64,000 bases of DNA from an uncultured Acidobacteriota bacterium (lineage in GTDB: Bacteria > Acidobacteriota > Thermoanaerobaculia > Multivoradales > UBA5704), in assembly GCA_963770895.1 (NCBI GenBank), contig CAVYRF010000002.1, forward strand, positions 5,760,001 to 5,824,000, given 5' to 3'. The notes under the pieces are model-generated. The model was not told the origin of the DNA. It saw nothing but the letters and a program-made list of their open reading frames with translations, and did no database searches. This document shows, in pieces, positions 38,591-48,637 of the stretch; position 1 is the stretch's first letter; each line of letters begins with the position of its first letter. A program made the position numbers and the translations under genes.

Positions 38591-40363
38591 ATGCCCCCGA
38601 CACCGCCAACCTCGCAAATACCGCCCACCTCGCAAATTCCGCCAACCTCGCAAATTCCGCCCGCGTCGCCAACGTCGCCCACGTCGCCAACACCGGCCAC
38701 GATGCCGGCAACGCCGGCGCCGCGCTGGCTGGAGCACCTGCCGCTGCTGTGGCTGGGGCTGGCTCTGCTTGCCTTCGCGCTCCTGGCGCCGGTGCGGCGC
38801 CTGGGCGACGCTTCCGACTACGTGCTGGCCACAGAAAGCCTGCGCTACGACCGCGACATGCGCTATACGCCAGAGGACCTGGCGCGCAATCTGATGCGCA
38901 AACCGATCGCATTCGATTCGCCGGCCGGCCTGCACACGCGCGTCGGCGCCGGCGGCAACGTCTACCTGGGAGCGCACCACTCGTTTTATTACTCGATCGC
39001 CGCGCTGCCCTTTTTCGTCGTCTTCGGCTATCGCGGCTTCCTGCTGTTGAACGCCCTGGCCTACTGGATTTTCGCCTGGTGTCTCTATCGCCACCTGCGC
39101 ACCTGGAACCGGCCGCCCGTCGCCTGGGCATGGTTGCTGATGGCGGTGGTCTTTTCGGCCTCGTGGACCTACGTCGCCTGGATCCACACCGAAGTCCTGT
39201 ACATGTCGCTGGTCGGCATCTTCGTCTTCGCCTGGCAGCGCGGCCGGCTGTTCGTCGCGGCGGCGGCGTTGGGATTGGTGTCCGCCGCGCAACCCACGCT
39301 CAGTCTTCTGTGCCTGCCGTTCGTCGCCCTGGTATGGCTGGAACGGCGACGCCCGGCGCTGCTGCTGGCGATCGGCGGCGTCATGGCGCTCGCCGCCGCG
39401 CCGCAGGTGCTGTTCAACCTGTACGCTTTCGGCACAGTCCATCCGATGCTGCTCGACAGGGGCCTGCTGGCTCCCCACTTCATGAGCATCGAGCGCTTCG
39501 TGCGCTCCTGGATCGATCCCGCGGGCGGCATCGTCTGGTTCTACCCGGCCGTGCTGGTGGCCCTGGTCGAAACCCGCTGGAACCGCCGCAACGCCGCTCT
39601 CTGGCTCACCTGCCTGGCGGTGATCGCAGCCTGCGGCCTCTCGGTCGCCTGGTATTCTCACCAGGTCGGTCTGCGCTACGGCGCCTACGTCTTCGGCCTG
39701 GTGCCGTTCCTGGTGCAGAAGGTGCGCTTCGACCGCGGTGCCACCGCCGCCCTGTGGAGCCTGGCGGTGCTGGTCGGCACGGGCCTGGCGGTCGACCCGC
39801 TCGGCAACTCGGCAGGAGTGGGCATCGGCAACAAGCTCTTCCTTCCCTACCGCGTGGCGGCGGCGCTGCACTATCCAGAAGACCGCTCGGTCTTCAAGTC
39901 CCGCCTGGAACATCTCAGCCAGATCGTCAGCGTCTCCCCCATCTGGTCCGAAGGCTGGCTCCCCGGCGACAGCGACGTCACCCTTGCCATCACCATGCAA
40001 CAGGCAGCCCCGCTGCGCCTGGTCGTCGGCCCCTGGTTTTGCGCCGGCCGCCTGCAGCGTTTCGACGTCACCACCGCCACCGCGCACTACCGCTTCAACC
40101 TGGTCCCCGGCTCCGACCAGGCCGTGGTGGTGCCGCTCACCCCCGCCGACCTCCTGATCGACGGCAATTCCGAGGGGAGAAACCAGGTCCGCCTCACCCT
40201 GCGCGCGCAGGGCTGGGTGCCGCGCCTGTTGGACCCGCAAGCCGGCGACGTCCGCCGCCTTGGTGTCGTCCTGCAAGAGGTGGCCGTCGGCGGCACCGTC
40301 GCGTTCCGGCGCAACGGCAATTCGCTCCCCGTCCCTCCCCGTCTGCTGCCCGCAAAACCCTGA
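38591..40363 (+). CDS. Polytopic membrane protein (GT-C glycosyltransferase-like)
   Basis: GD..DY after the first TM, many TM helices, periplasmic C-terminal domain ending D.R.LG; follows the glycan genes. Confidence 0.6.
   Translation: MPPTPPTSQIPPTSQIPPTSQIPPASPTSPTSPTPATMPATPAPRWLEHLPLLWLGLALLAFALLAPVRRLGDASDYVLATESLRYDRDMRYTPEDLARNLMRKPIAFDSPAGLHTRVGAGGNVYLGAHHSFYYSIAALPFFVVFGYRGFLLLNALAYWIFAWCLYRHLRTWNRPPVAWAWLLMAVVFSASWTYVAWIHTEVLYMSLVGIFVFAWQRGRLFVAAAALGLVSAAQPTLSLLCLPFVALVWLERRRPALLLAIGGVMALAAAPQVLFNLYAFGTVHPMLLDRGLLAPHFMSIERFVRSWIDPAGGIVWFYPAVLVALVETRWNRRNAALWLTCLAVIAACGLSVAWYSHQVGLRYGAYVFGLVPFLVQKVRFDRGATAALWSLAVLVGTGLAVDPLGNSAGVGIGNKLFLPYRVAAALHYPEDRSVFKSRLEHLSQIVSVSPIWSEGWLPGDSDVTLAITMQQAAPLRLVVGPWFCAGRLQRFDVTTATAHYRFNLVPGSDQAVVVPLTPADLLIDGNSEGRNQVRLTLRAQGWVPRLLDPQAGDVRRLGVVLQEVAVGGTVAFRRNGNSLPVPPRLLPAKP
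38603..38656 (+). repeat. 18-bp tandem repeat x3 (PPTSQI)
   Basis: CCGCC(A/C)ACCTCGCAAAT(A/T) three times. Confidence 0.85.
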
Positions 40364-40531
40364 TCGCCAAAGTCCCACATTAGGGCGGCGTCGCACTCAC
40401 CGAAACATCGTCAAACAAAGATATGAACAACCGTAGCACCCTTACCGGACGTCGCGCAGGCTCTATGCTCTAAACGAGTGAAAGTCAGCGAGGGCTATGG
40501 GGTGCTCCTCGTCAACTTGTTCCGCAAGTTC

Positions 40532-41237
40532 TAGTGTAGTGCGCCCTAATTAGGAATCCTTATATGCGGTTCGTACGTATCGTCCTGTGGGAGGATTTGG
40601 GACGATGCGGATCGCACCGTTGGTTCTGGTTTCGCCGGAGGAAAGGCGGCAGTTGGAGGCCTATGCCCGAGGCCGCAGCACGCCGACGCGTCTGGTGCAG
40701 CGCGCGAAGATCGTCTTGCTGGCCGCCGAGGGCAAGGAGAATCGGGAAATTGCCGAAAGTCTTGGCATCATGCGGCATACCGTCGGACGTTGGCGGAGCC
40801 GCTTTTGCCAGTTCGGCCTGAGCGGGATCGAGAAAGACGCTCATCGAAGTGGGCGCCTGCCGAGCCTGTCCCAGGGCTTGCTACGGAAGATCGTGCGCAA
40901 GACAACGCAAGAGACGCCGCAGGACGGCACTCATTGGAGCACGCGGAGCATGGCCGAGGCGGTCGGGGTCAGCGCCTCGACGGTGCGCCGGGTCTGGCAG
41001 CGGCACGGCCTCAAGCCTCATCGGGTGCGGACCTTCAAGCTGAGCAACGATCGACGCTTTGTCGAGAAAATGGAAGATGTCATCGCGCTCTATCTCAACC
41101 CGCCAGAGCACGCCCTCGTCTTGTGTGCCGATGAGAAGAGCCAGATCCAGGCTCTTGATCGGACTCAACCCGGCCTGCCGATGAAGAAGGGCCGCTGCGG
41201 CACGATGACGCACGACTACAAGCGCAATGGCACCACG
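40532..41237 (+). mobile_element. Truncated IS630-family element (copy 1; transposase from 40605 broken)
   Basis: Near-identical to the start of 53254-54423 including the left end TAGTGTAGTGCG; identity stops at CACCACG 41237. Confidence 0.9.
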
Positions 41238-42237
41238 CACCAGCCCAAAAGGTAGTCGTTGAGTGACTCGAAGCTGGCGAAACGACGACCCGCCAACGCA
41301 TTGCCCTTGATGTATTTGACACCGCTCTCCACCTTGCCTTTCGTTTGAGCCCGGTAGTAGCGGCACAGCTGCACCTTGACTCCGTAGAAGTCCATGCGAT
41401 CCTTGAACGTGGCGTTCCAGCTCACACGGCCCGTGGCCTCGTCTTTGGCAATGACGATCGTCCGCGGGTTGTCGTAGAGCAAGCTCTCCGGCCGACCGCC
41501 AAAGTGAGCAAATGCCGCCGCATGAGCCTCCAGCAACGACTCCAAACCCTCATTGCAGTAGGCTTTGGCGAACAACCGCCGGCTGAAGCCCAGTACCATG
41601 GTGAACAGGTGCACCCGTACCTGCTGCTCGCCGAGATAGATCCAGGTGCTGCCCCAGTCCACCTGGCCTTGCTTACCTGGCTCGGTCTCGAAGCGCACCG
41701 TCGACTCGGCCGGCCGCTGCGCCGCCCGCCACGACGCGATGTACTTCGCCACCGTCGAGGCGCTGCACCGCTGGCCAAGATGCGCCAGCTCACGACTCAG
41801 CACCACGCTGTTGAACCCCACCTCCGGGGCTCGCACCCGCAAGAACGGCACCCAACGGTCCAGGACACGCCCCCGCCGCCGACGGTGCTGCACCTGCCAG
41901 ACCCGCGCCCACCACTTCCGCACGGTCTTTACGTCGAGGCCGAGCTGCCGCGCAATCGCCTTCTTCGCCACTCCACGCTCCCGCAAAGCGGCGATCGCTC
42001 CCCACATCCCCTCGTCGACCAACTCGCCCTCCTGGGCGCCTCCAGGCGCCGCAGAGAGCATGTCCGACTCCGGTGCCGGCAACGGCGCCGGCTCCTGCTC
42101 CGCATGCACCTCGGCCGCCGGCACGCCGGCCGCCGCCACTTCGCTGCTGCTGCTTGTTTCGCTCATTCCCTTCCTCCGTGCGGAGGGGGGGAATTTTAGC
42201 GTCCAGCATGGGGGGAATTTAGGCCGTCTCGCTGACA
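41238..42237 (-). mobile_element. istA: Truncated IS21-family element (istA 5' part, 42166 downward)
   Basis: TGTCAGCGAGACG end at 42237, RFETEPG.QGQVDW, YDNPR, QTKGKVES; diverged relative of the copy at 56229. Confidence 0.88.
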
Positions 42238-42402
42238 CGGCGTGCCGGTCTGGGTGCCGATCTGCAGCCAGTCGTCGACCATGCGGTCGGCGGCATCGAA
42301 CTGGCGCAGGCCGGTGACGCCGTTGGCGAGGGCGCGGGCGGCCAGCAGGTCGGGGCCGCGGAAGCCGAAGGTGGCGAGCGGCGTGGACGACGTGGGGCCG
42401 AC
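42238..42402 (-). pseudogene. Isolated Rhs core fragment (VGPTSSTPLATFGF...IGTQTG)
   Basis: Near-identical to 47441-47603 and the equivalent part of the 59-60 kb Rhs. Confidence 0.85.
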
Positions 42403-42785
42403 CGCGGGGCGTTCACCGTCGCGGTGCTGTTGACGCCGGGGAGCGTCAACCGGCTGCTGGTGACGGCGGCGACGACGACAACCGGCGTGGCGTCGCCGCC
42501 GGCGACGGTGCAGGTGGTGGACGACTGTGCCGCTGGCCAATGTTCATGGTAGGGCTGCGCTATCGGATAAAGAAATCTTTCGAGCGTTCGCCCGCTACCC
42601 TGGCAGCAACCTCGCCGTAGAAGCCTCGCTCAATATTCAATACGTCGAGATGAAGCCAGCCGGCCTGTCGTCCCCGATCGAGCGTGAGAACCCTCGCATT
42701 CAGTGTGTCAGCCACTGACCAGATCTCCGCATCTTTGACATCACCTCGACCAAAACTCTCTCGAACACCACGGATATCGAAACCC

Positions 42786-44230
42786 CAGTAATGTCCGGTT
42801 AGAAGTCGAACAGAATGAGTTGGTTAGCCGCAGTGCGCAGTTCTCGCTGGGACCGGTCAGGCTGGAAAGCGCATGAAACCTCGGTTTTCTCGAAGACCGA
42901 GACCGACAAGATCTGTAGACATGTGTAGAGCGAGGCATCGAGTTGAAGCTCCTTCTTAAGGATGGCAATCAGCACGTAGGTCGCGACGGCGCACCAGATT
43001 TGCGTCTTCACGGCGTTCTCGCTGGTGCCCAGGAATCGCTTGATGCGCAGATGTTGCTTGATCCACTTGAAGAACAGCTCGACCTGCCATCGGCTCTTGT
43101 ACAAGGCAGCGATCGCCAACGGTGGCAAAGTCGTGTTGTTTGTCAGGAAAACAAGCGTCTTGCCCGAAAAGGGGTCCTTGAAACGGACGCGCCGCAAATG
43201 CTCCGGGTAGGCCTTGGCCGAGTAGAAGCCATTGAGCATCACGCGCTGGTCGCAGATCACGCCAGTGGCGCGTTGCGTCTCAAACGAATACACCCGCCGG
43301 GCGGCCATTCCATGCTTGGCGCGGGTGACGAAGAAGGCTCCGGTCTGATGCATCGCATAGAGCCGCGCGAAGTCGACATAGCCGCGATCCATGACGTAGA
43401 AGGCTCCAGCCTCGACGGGCAGGATGTCGAGCACTTTCACATCGTGAAGTTTGCCGTCGCTGATGAGGATGAACGTTGGAATCGCGCCGCGCAGGTCCAG
43501 AAGCGTATGCAGCTTGACCGCCGCCCTGGTCGATTGAAACGGCGCCCAGTCGAACAGGCTCAGGCACAGATCGATGGTGGTGGAGTCGAGGGCGTAGACG
43601 CTGGTGTCGAGATCGAGGACCGAAGGCTCTTGCGCATAGAGTGCTCTGGCGCGCACGATCAGCCGCTGAGCCAGCGCCTGATAGATACGCCAGTCGCGAC
43701 GCTCGAGCGCGTCGGCCAGCGTCGAGCGGGCGGGCGCTGCCTTGATTCCCATGTGGAAGAGCTTGCCTTGATTGGCAGCGAGGCAAGCCTCGATGTCGCG
43801 CAGAGACTCGCGCCAAGTGAGCTGCGCGAAGGCCATGATACGGAACAGGTCGGCGCAACTGAGGGTACGAACGCCAGCATCGCCCTTGTGTCGCTCGATG
43901 ATGCGTCCGAAGGTCTTCCAGGGGACGAACTCCATCACCTGTGCGAACAGCGTCTTGCCCACGTTCATGCGTCACCTCGGATCGGTCTGACCCGAGAGCA
44001 TCGCAAATCGTCTGCTCAAGATGGGGCATCGCGGTGAAGTGCGGGGAGCGTGCCTCAGGCCTCAACCGCGGTCTCGAGCCGTCGAGCTCGGAGCCGCCCT
44101 TTGCACCGGACTCCAGGTCATCCTGTACGCAAGGCCAGGAATTCAAATCGTGGACACCCATCGGAGGCCGCAAGTGCCAGTCACTGCCACGTTTGTGGCA
44201 ACAGGTCGCCAAAACAACCGGACACTACTG
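42786..44230 (-). mobile_element. IS4-family element
   Basis: 15-bp IRs CAGTA(A/G)TGTCCGGTT; 9-bp TSD TCGAAACCC at 42777-42785 and 44231-44239. Confidence 0.92.
42799..43968 (-). CDS. IS4 family transposase (DUF4372 + DDE)
   Basis: FAQLTWRESLRDIE, DSTTI, DRGY, YKSRWQVELFFKWIKQHL. Confidence 0.94.
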   Translation of the reverse strand: MNVGKTLFAQVMEFVPWKTFGRIIERHKGDAGVRTLSCADLFRIMAFAQLTWRESLRDIEACLAANQGKLFHMGIKAAPARSTLADALERRDWRIYQALAQRLIVRARALYAQEPSVLDLDTSVYALDSTTIDLCLSLFDWAPFQSTRAAVKLHTLLDLRGAIPTFILISDGKLHDVKVLDILPVEAGAFYVMDRGYVDFARLYAMHQTGAFFVTRAKHGMAARRVYSFETQRATGVICDQRVMLNGFYSAKAYPEHLRRVRFKDPFSGKTLVFLTNNTTLPPLAIAALYKSRWQVELFFKWIKQHLRIKRFLGTSENAVKTQIWCAVATYVLIAILKKELQLDASLYTCLQILSVSVFEKTEVSCAFQPDRSQRELRTAANQLILFDF

Positions 44231-44297
44231 TCGAAACCCTTATATCAAAGAGATTGCGCAATCTCGCGGACCGTCAAAGTGTCGTCCAGGATAATTG

Positions 44298-44370
44298 GCG
44301 CTGTTCTACTCGCTGATCGACACCGCGAAGCTACGCGGACTCGATCCCAGCTCCTACCTCCGCCAGCGCA
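44298..44370 (+). pseudogene. IS66 transposase C-terminal remnant
   Basis: ALFYSLIDTAKLRGLDPSSYLR matches the IS66 TnpC C-terminal pattern. Confidence 0.55.
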
Positions 44371-44518
44371 TTCTGCAAAGACGTGGTCTGAGCCACAAGG
44401 TCCTTACTAACCGCGTCGAATTCTCTGTCAACAAAGCCAGAAATCATTACGAACACGCTACACATGCAAAGACCAAACTGCGTGAAGCGCCTCCCGTACA
44501 GACTTAGCGGACCTTCGG

Positions 44519-45085
44519 TTATACCTCTAGCACCTTCGGCATCGAGGCCCATTGGTCCTCAAATCTATCCCTCCATTCTTGAAGAATGCCATAAAATCTG
44601 TCGGCGGCAAGATATATATCGCTTACGGAGAAGGGATCGAACCTACCCGAACATCTAAACGCCACTAGACGAACACGGTCATGGATGTCGAATTGCAATA
44701 TATGGCTGCCATCATCAAATGCCTCATCGCCGTCTGGGGCCCAAAGAAGGCGGTGCGAATAGGTCATATTAGAGAATTCTGCCTGTGAAACCCCAAAGAT
44801 CGTCTCGCTAACATGGCCATCAGAGTAGAGACTCGAGCTGACGGCCTCGGCGATCTGATCTGCACCTGACTCGGCGATAAACGAAGTGTGCTTGCCACGA
44901 TCGGCTATGCGTCGCTCAACCTCGTCGAACGAATTGGCTAACATTGATGCGTGGGGACTACATACGCCGTAGCGACTCCCCTTCACGTAGATCACGAAGT
45001 AACCCAGGGCTCGCAGGCTCAGCCGCTCATAGGCGCGGGTAATGCTTGACTCAATAGCAGCAATTGAGGGCTCACCCACGATCAT
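44519..45085 (-). CDS. Immunity protein, Imm42-like
   Basis: MIVG.P...AIES.I..AY....ALG.F, EAFDDGS.ILQFD..RVRL.AF; overlaps the Rhs stop; low GC. Confidence 0.72.
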   Translation of the reverse strand: MIVGEPSIAAIESSITRAYERLSLRALGYFVIYVKGSRYGVCSPHASMLANSFDEVERRIADRGKHTSFIAESGADQIAEAVSSSLYSDGHVSETIFGVSQAEFSNMTYSHRLLWAPDGDEAFDDGSHILQFDIHDRVRLVAFRCSGRFDPFSVSDIYLAADRFYGILQEWRDRFEDQWASMPKVLEV

Positions 45086-48000
45086 TCAATAGCCTCCTAA
45101 TCTCGATGGGTATATTGTCCTGCCTGATTGGCTCGGGACCTGCCGTTGAGCCATTCCAATGAGATTCACCATTGCTTGGAGCGCTGAACCGATGAATCGT
45201 TCCATCTTCATCCTTAGCCCATCGAACACCTTTCTCATCGACGACCGACTTATCGAAAAGCTCTTGGGCGTTCTTTGGTTCTGGGCTAGGCGAGCCCGGG
45301 TGATGCTTAGGATTTGTGACACGCTTCGGACGCGTCTCCATTTCAGGATCGGCACTCTTGGGCGCTGGGTCTCCGGCCTTTTTCGTTTTCGGCTTGTCTC
45401 GTTGTTCGCTAGCAGTCCCCTTATCATGCAACTTCATCGCATATGTGACGCCATTTGCGGCCACCGCAGCAGCGCCTGCCGCGGCTGCAGCCCCCCCAAC
45501 ACAGCCGGCTGCGGGCACAAGAACGCCAGGCCCAGTTACGACAGCTGGGACTGTTGCAGCGCACGCGACCGCCGTTTCTGCGCCTGCGGCCCCCGCCCCC
45601 GTTGCCCCCGCAGCTGCTCCGAAGATTGATCCCACATACTGTCCGGCGCGTTGGGCTGTAGTATCGTTGTTCTTGGGTTTTGAGTTCGGATCGTTCGGAT
45701 TAATACTGCCTGCGAGCCCCTGGCCAACTCCGGCGGCAAACTCCGTAGCTACCCGCTTGGCGCAATCTGCAGTGCTTTCGCCCTCGTTGCAGGTCCCCAA
45801 CGGGTCGCTGCCGTTTCCCGGGTTGTCCATCTCAAAGGCGTACGTTGACGGTCCATCAATGTACCCCTTCGGGTCCGCCGTGATGAACCGCCCCAGCTGC
45901 GGGTCGTAGTAGCGGTTGCGGAAGTAGAGGAGGCCGGTTTCGGGGTCCAGGCTGCGGCCTTGGTAGCCGAAGAGATTGCCTAGGGCGGAGCCGGTGGCGA
46001 GCTGGGGGTTGGGGGCGGTGTAGACGATGAGGCTGTCTTGCGCTGTGACGGTGGTGAAGGTCTGGCTGAAGGGCGCGGCGAGAGGCTGGTTGCCCGCATC
46101 GGTCAGGGTGGTGGCGATTGTCAGGGTGTGCGCGCCGGCGGCAACTGGATTGGCTGCTTGGAGCGTGTAGTGGTCGGCAGCCAGGCTCCAGGTCAGGCCT
46201 ACGCCGTCCAGCTGGATCGCTGCCGTCGCTGCGGCCAGGTTTGGCTCGGCGGAAAACTCGACCGAAAGCATCCCCTGCTGCAGGGTGACGCGCTGCACGG
46301 TGGGGGCTGCCAGGCCGGCGACGACGGCGTCCGAGGCTGGCCAGGTAAAGGCCAGCGTGTAGTCGTGGGCGGGCTGGTTGAGGAAGCTGTCGACCAGGGC
46401 GCCGGCCGGGATGGTCAGGGTGACCTGGTCGCCGGGCTGGAAGCCTCCGGGAGGCTGGCCTACCAGGACCAGGCGCCTTTGGGCCAGGTCTCCGGTGGTC
46501 ACGGGCTGGGTGACGGTGAGTGCCCCAAATGCGGCGGGGAGGGTGTTGTCAAAGAGCTTCAGGGTGCCGACGGTGGCGGCCTGGGCGAGCGGGCCGGGGT
46601 TTACGGCCTCGGAGAGCTCGACCCAAACGGCGTTGCCGACGACCCTCACCTGCTCAACCGCAGGCGGAGTGGAGTTTACCAGGATCGTCTGGGTGCCGTA
46701 GGGGGTGTAGTCGTAGCGCTCGATGGGTAGACCGGTCGGACCGGTGAGCAGGACCAGATTGCCGGTGGAGTCGTAGAGGGGCCAGGACTTGGTGGCGACG
46801 GTGCCGGTGCCGTCCAGGTCGGACTCCAGGTAGACGATGTCGTCGAGGCTGTCGCCGTAGGTGCGGCGCTGCAGGAGACGGCTGCCGTCGTAGTCCTCGA
46901 TGGGGTGCCAGCCCTGCCAGGTGGTGGTCTTGACGTCTCCTGCCACGGTCTTGGCAATGCGGCGGTTCCAGGCGTCGTAGTCGTAGTGGGCGATGGGGTT
47001 GTTGCTGCCGTCGGCGACGTCGGTGAGGCGGTTGCGGAAGTCGTAGGAATAGTGAACGTTGCCCTTCTGGATCAGGTTGCCGTTGCGGTCCCAGACCAGC
47101 GCTACCCCGCTGACGGAGCCCGGCCGGTTGCGGCCCGAGCCGTCGAGGGGCAGCGCGGTCGTGGCAAGCACTCCGGCGTTGGTGGCGGTGCGGGCCAGCA
47201 GGTTCTGCGCTACGTCGTAGGTGTAGCCGAAGGCGTCCGGCAGGCCGGCCAGGGCGGGCGGCGCGACGGCGGTGTTGTTGGGTGTCAAGGTCAGCGGCGC
47301 CGGCGATTTGGCGGCCTGGATGAGGCGCTCGGCGGGGTCGTAGGCGAAGGCCAGGCCCTGGCCGCCCAGGTCCTGGCGCGCTTGCGCCGAGCGCAGGCCG
47401 CGCGGGCTCCAGGCCAGGCTCTCGCGCATGACGGTCTGGGGCGTGCCGGTCTGGGTGCCGATCTGCAGCCAATCGTCGACCATGCGGTCGGCGGCGTCGA
47501 ACTGGCGCAGGCCGGTGACGCCGTTGGCGAGGGCGCGGGCGGCCAGCAGGTCGGGGCCGCGGAAGCCGAAGGTGGCGAGCGGCGTGGACGACGTCGGGCC
47601 GACAGACTGCAGGCGATCGAGCGGATCGAAGGCGCGCACCAGGTTGAGGCCCGACGGATAACCGATCGCGGTTTCGTTGCCGGCGTCGTCGTAGGTGTAG
47701 TTGACGAACTTGCCGCCCAGCGATTCACTGGTGCGCCGCGACAGGGAATCGAACGTCAGGTCCGTCGTCTGGTTGCCGGACTGCGCGTGGGTGAGCCGCC
47801 CCATGCCGTCGTAGACATAGGACTCGGACAACGCTCCGCCCTGGCGCGAGGTCATCCTGTTGAGCGCATCGAAGACCTGCTGGATCAACGTTCCGTTGGG
47901 GTCGGTGACCTGGGTGGCGTTGCCGTTGGCGTCGTAGGCGGTCTGCTCGGTGGTGTGGTCCGGCCAGGTGACCAGGACCAGGCGGTTGAGGGCGTCGTAG

Positions 48001-48385
48001 GCGTAGGTGGTGGCGTTGCCCGGGGCGTCGGTGTAGGCGGTGAGGCGCGAGCTGGCGTCGTAGGTGGAGTCCACCTCGATGCCCAGCGGCTGGACCCGCT
48101 TGATCAGACGATTGAGCCCGTCCCAGGTCTGGGTGGTCAGGTTCTGTTCGGCATCGACGCTCAGCGCCAGCTGGTTGCGGGCGTCGTGGGTGAACACCTC
48201 GGCGTTGCCCAGGCCGTCGGTGCGGGTGGCCTGCCGGTTGAGGGCGTCGAAGGTGGCGGTTGCGGTGACGGTGACCGATCCGCCGGTGCCCGGCGCGCCG
48301 ACGCCTTCGTACTGTTCGATCGTGCGCGTGGTGACGGGATTGCCCGCGGCGTCCAGGTCGTGCTGCACGACGTTGCCGGCGGGGT
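45072..48385 (-). CDS. Orphan Rhs cassette C (5'-truncated core + Ig insert + putative RNase-type toxin KHH..HRF..HWNGST)
   Basis: YD repeats, RYYDPQLGRFITADP, PGNGSDPLG cleavage motif; Rhs homology begins abruptly at 48385 and no clear start codon or RBS is visible. Confidence 0.85.
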
Positions 48386-48546
48386 GTCCGCTAATCCGGG
48401 GCAAGGCCAGGGCTCGGCGCGGAGCGGCGGAGGCCGGCGCAGCCGGCCGCAGCGCGAGCACCGAGACCGTTCCTTCTGGGAGCCCCCTTGAGGGGGCGAC
48501 CGCCCGGCGGCCGGCGCTCCCCGGCAGTCCCTGAGGCCGGCCCCAG

Positions 48547-48571
48547 TTGACATAAGCCTCGCTTATGTCAA
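48547..48571. other. Palindromic dif-like site (XerD-arm type) TTGACATAA-N7-TTATGTCAA
   Basis: Perfect 10-bp inverted repeat; arm resembles the XerD half of dif (TTATGTTAA). Confidence 0.65.
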
Positions 48572-48599
48572 GGCCGCAGGCCCAAGGCGGGGCGGCCGA

Positions 48600-48637
48600 G
48601 GGCCAGGTCGGATAAGTGCACTTATCGGACCTGGCCC
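48600..48637. other. Palindromic dif-like site (XerC-arm type) GTCGGATAA-N6-TTATCGGAC inside a 38-bp palindrome
   Basis: 38-bp palindrome with one mismatch, extended by a 13-bp outer stem 48587-48599/48648-48660. Confidence 0.6.

Larger units (their letters stand above)
42560..44298 (-). pseudogene. Decayed PIN-like (DUF5615/Mut7-C-type) toxin remnant, split by IS4 and carrying an internal stop
   Basis: Removing IS4 and one TSD copy gives PIILDDTLTVREIAQSL*YKGFDIRGVRESFGRGDVKDAEIWSVADTLNARVLTLDRG. Confidence 0.6.

Noticed and set aside
38603-38656. Tandem repeat considered as a CRISPR array
   Set aside because: In-frame 18-bp coding repeat with no spacers; no cas genes in the window.
128-40396. 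Many long overlapping ORFs (e.g. 128-2674 +, 26241-29588 -, 27059-29968 +, 32842-36354 -)
   Set aside because: Antisense or alternative-frame shadows of well-supported genes in high-GC DNA; Arg/Ala/Pro-rich and lacking motifs.
40463-40534. Possible 3' tail of another immunity gene cut by IS630 copy 1 (LELAEQVDEEHPIALADFHSFRA*)
   Set aside because: Only 23 codons with no recognisable motif; cannot be supported.
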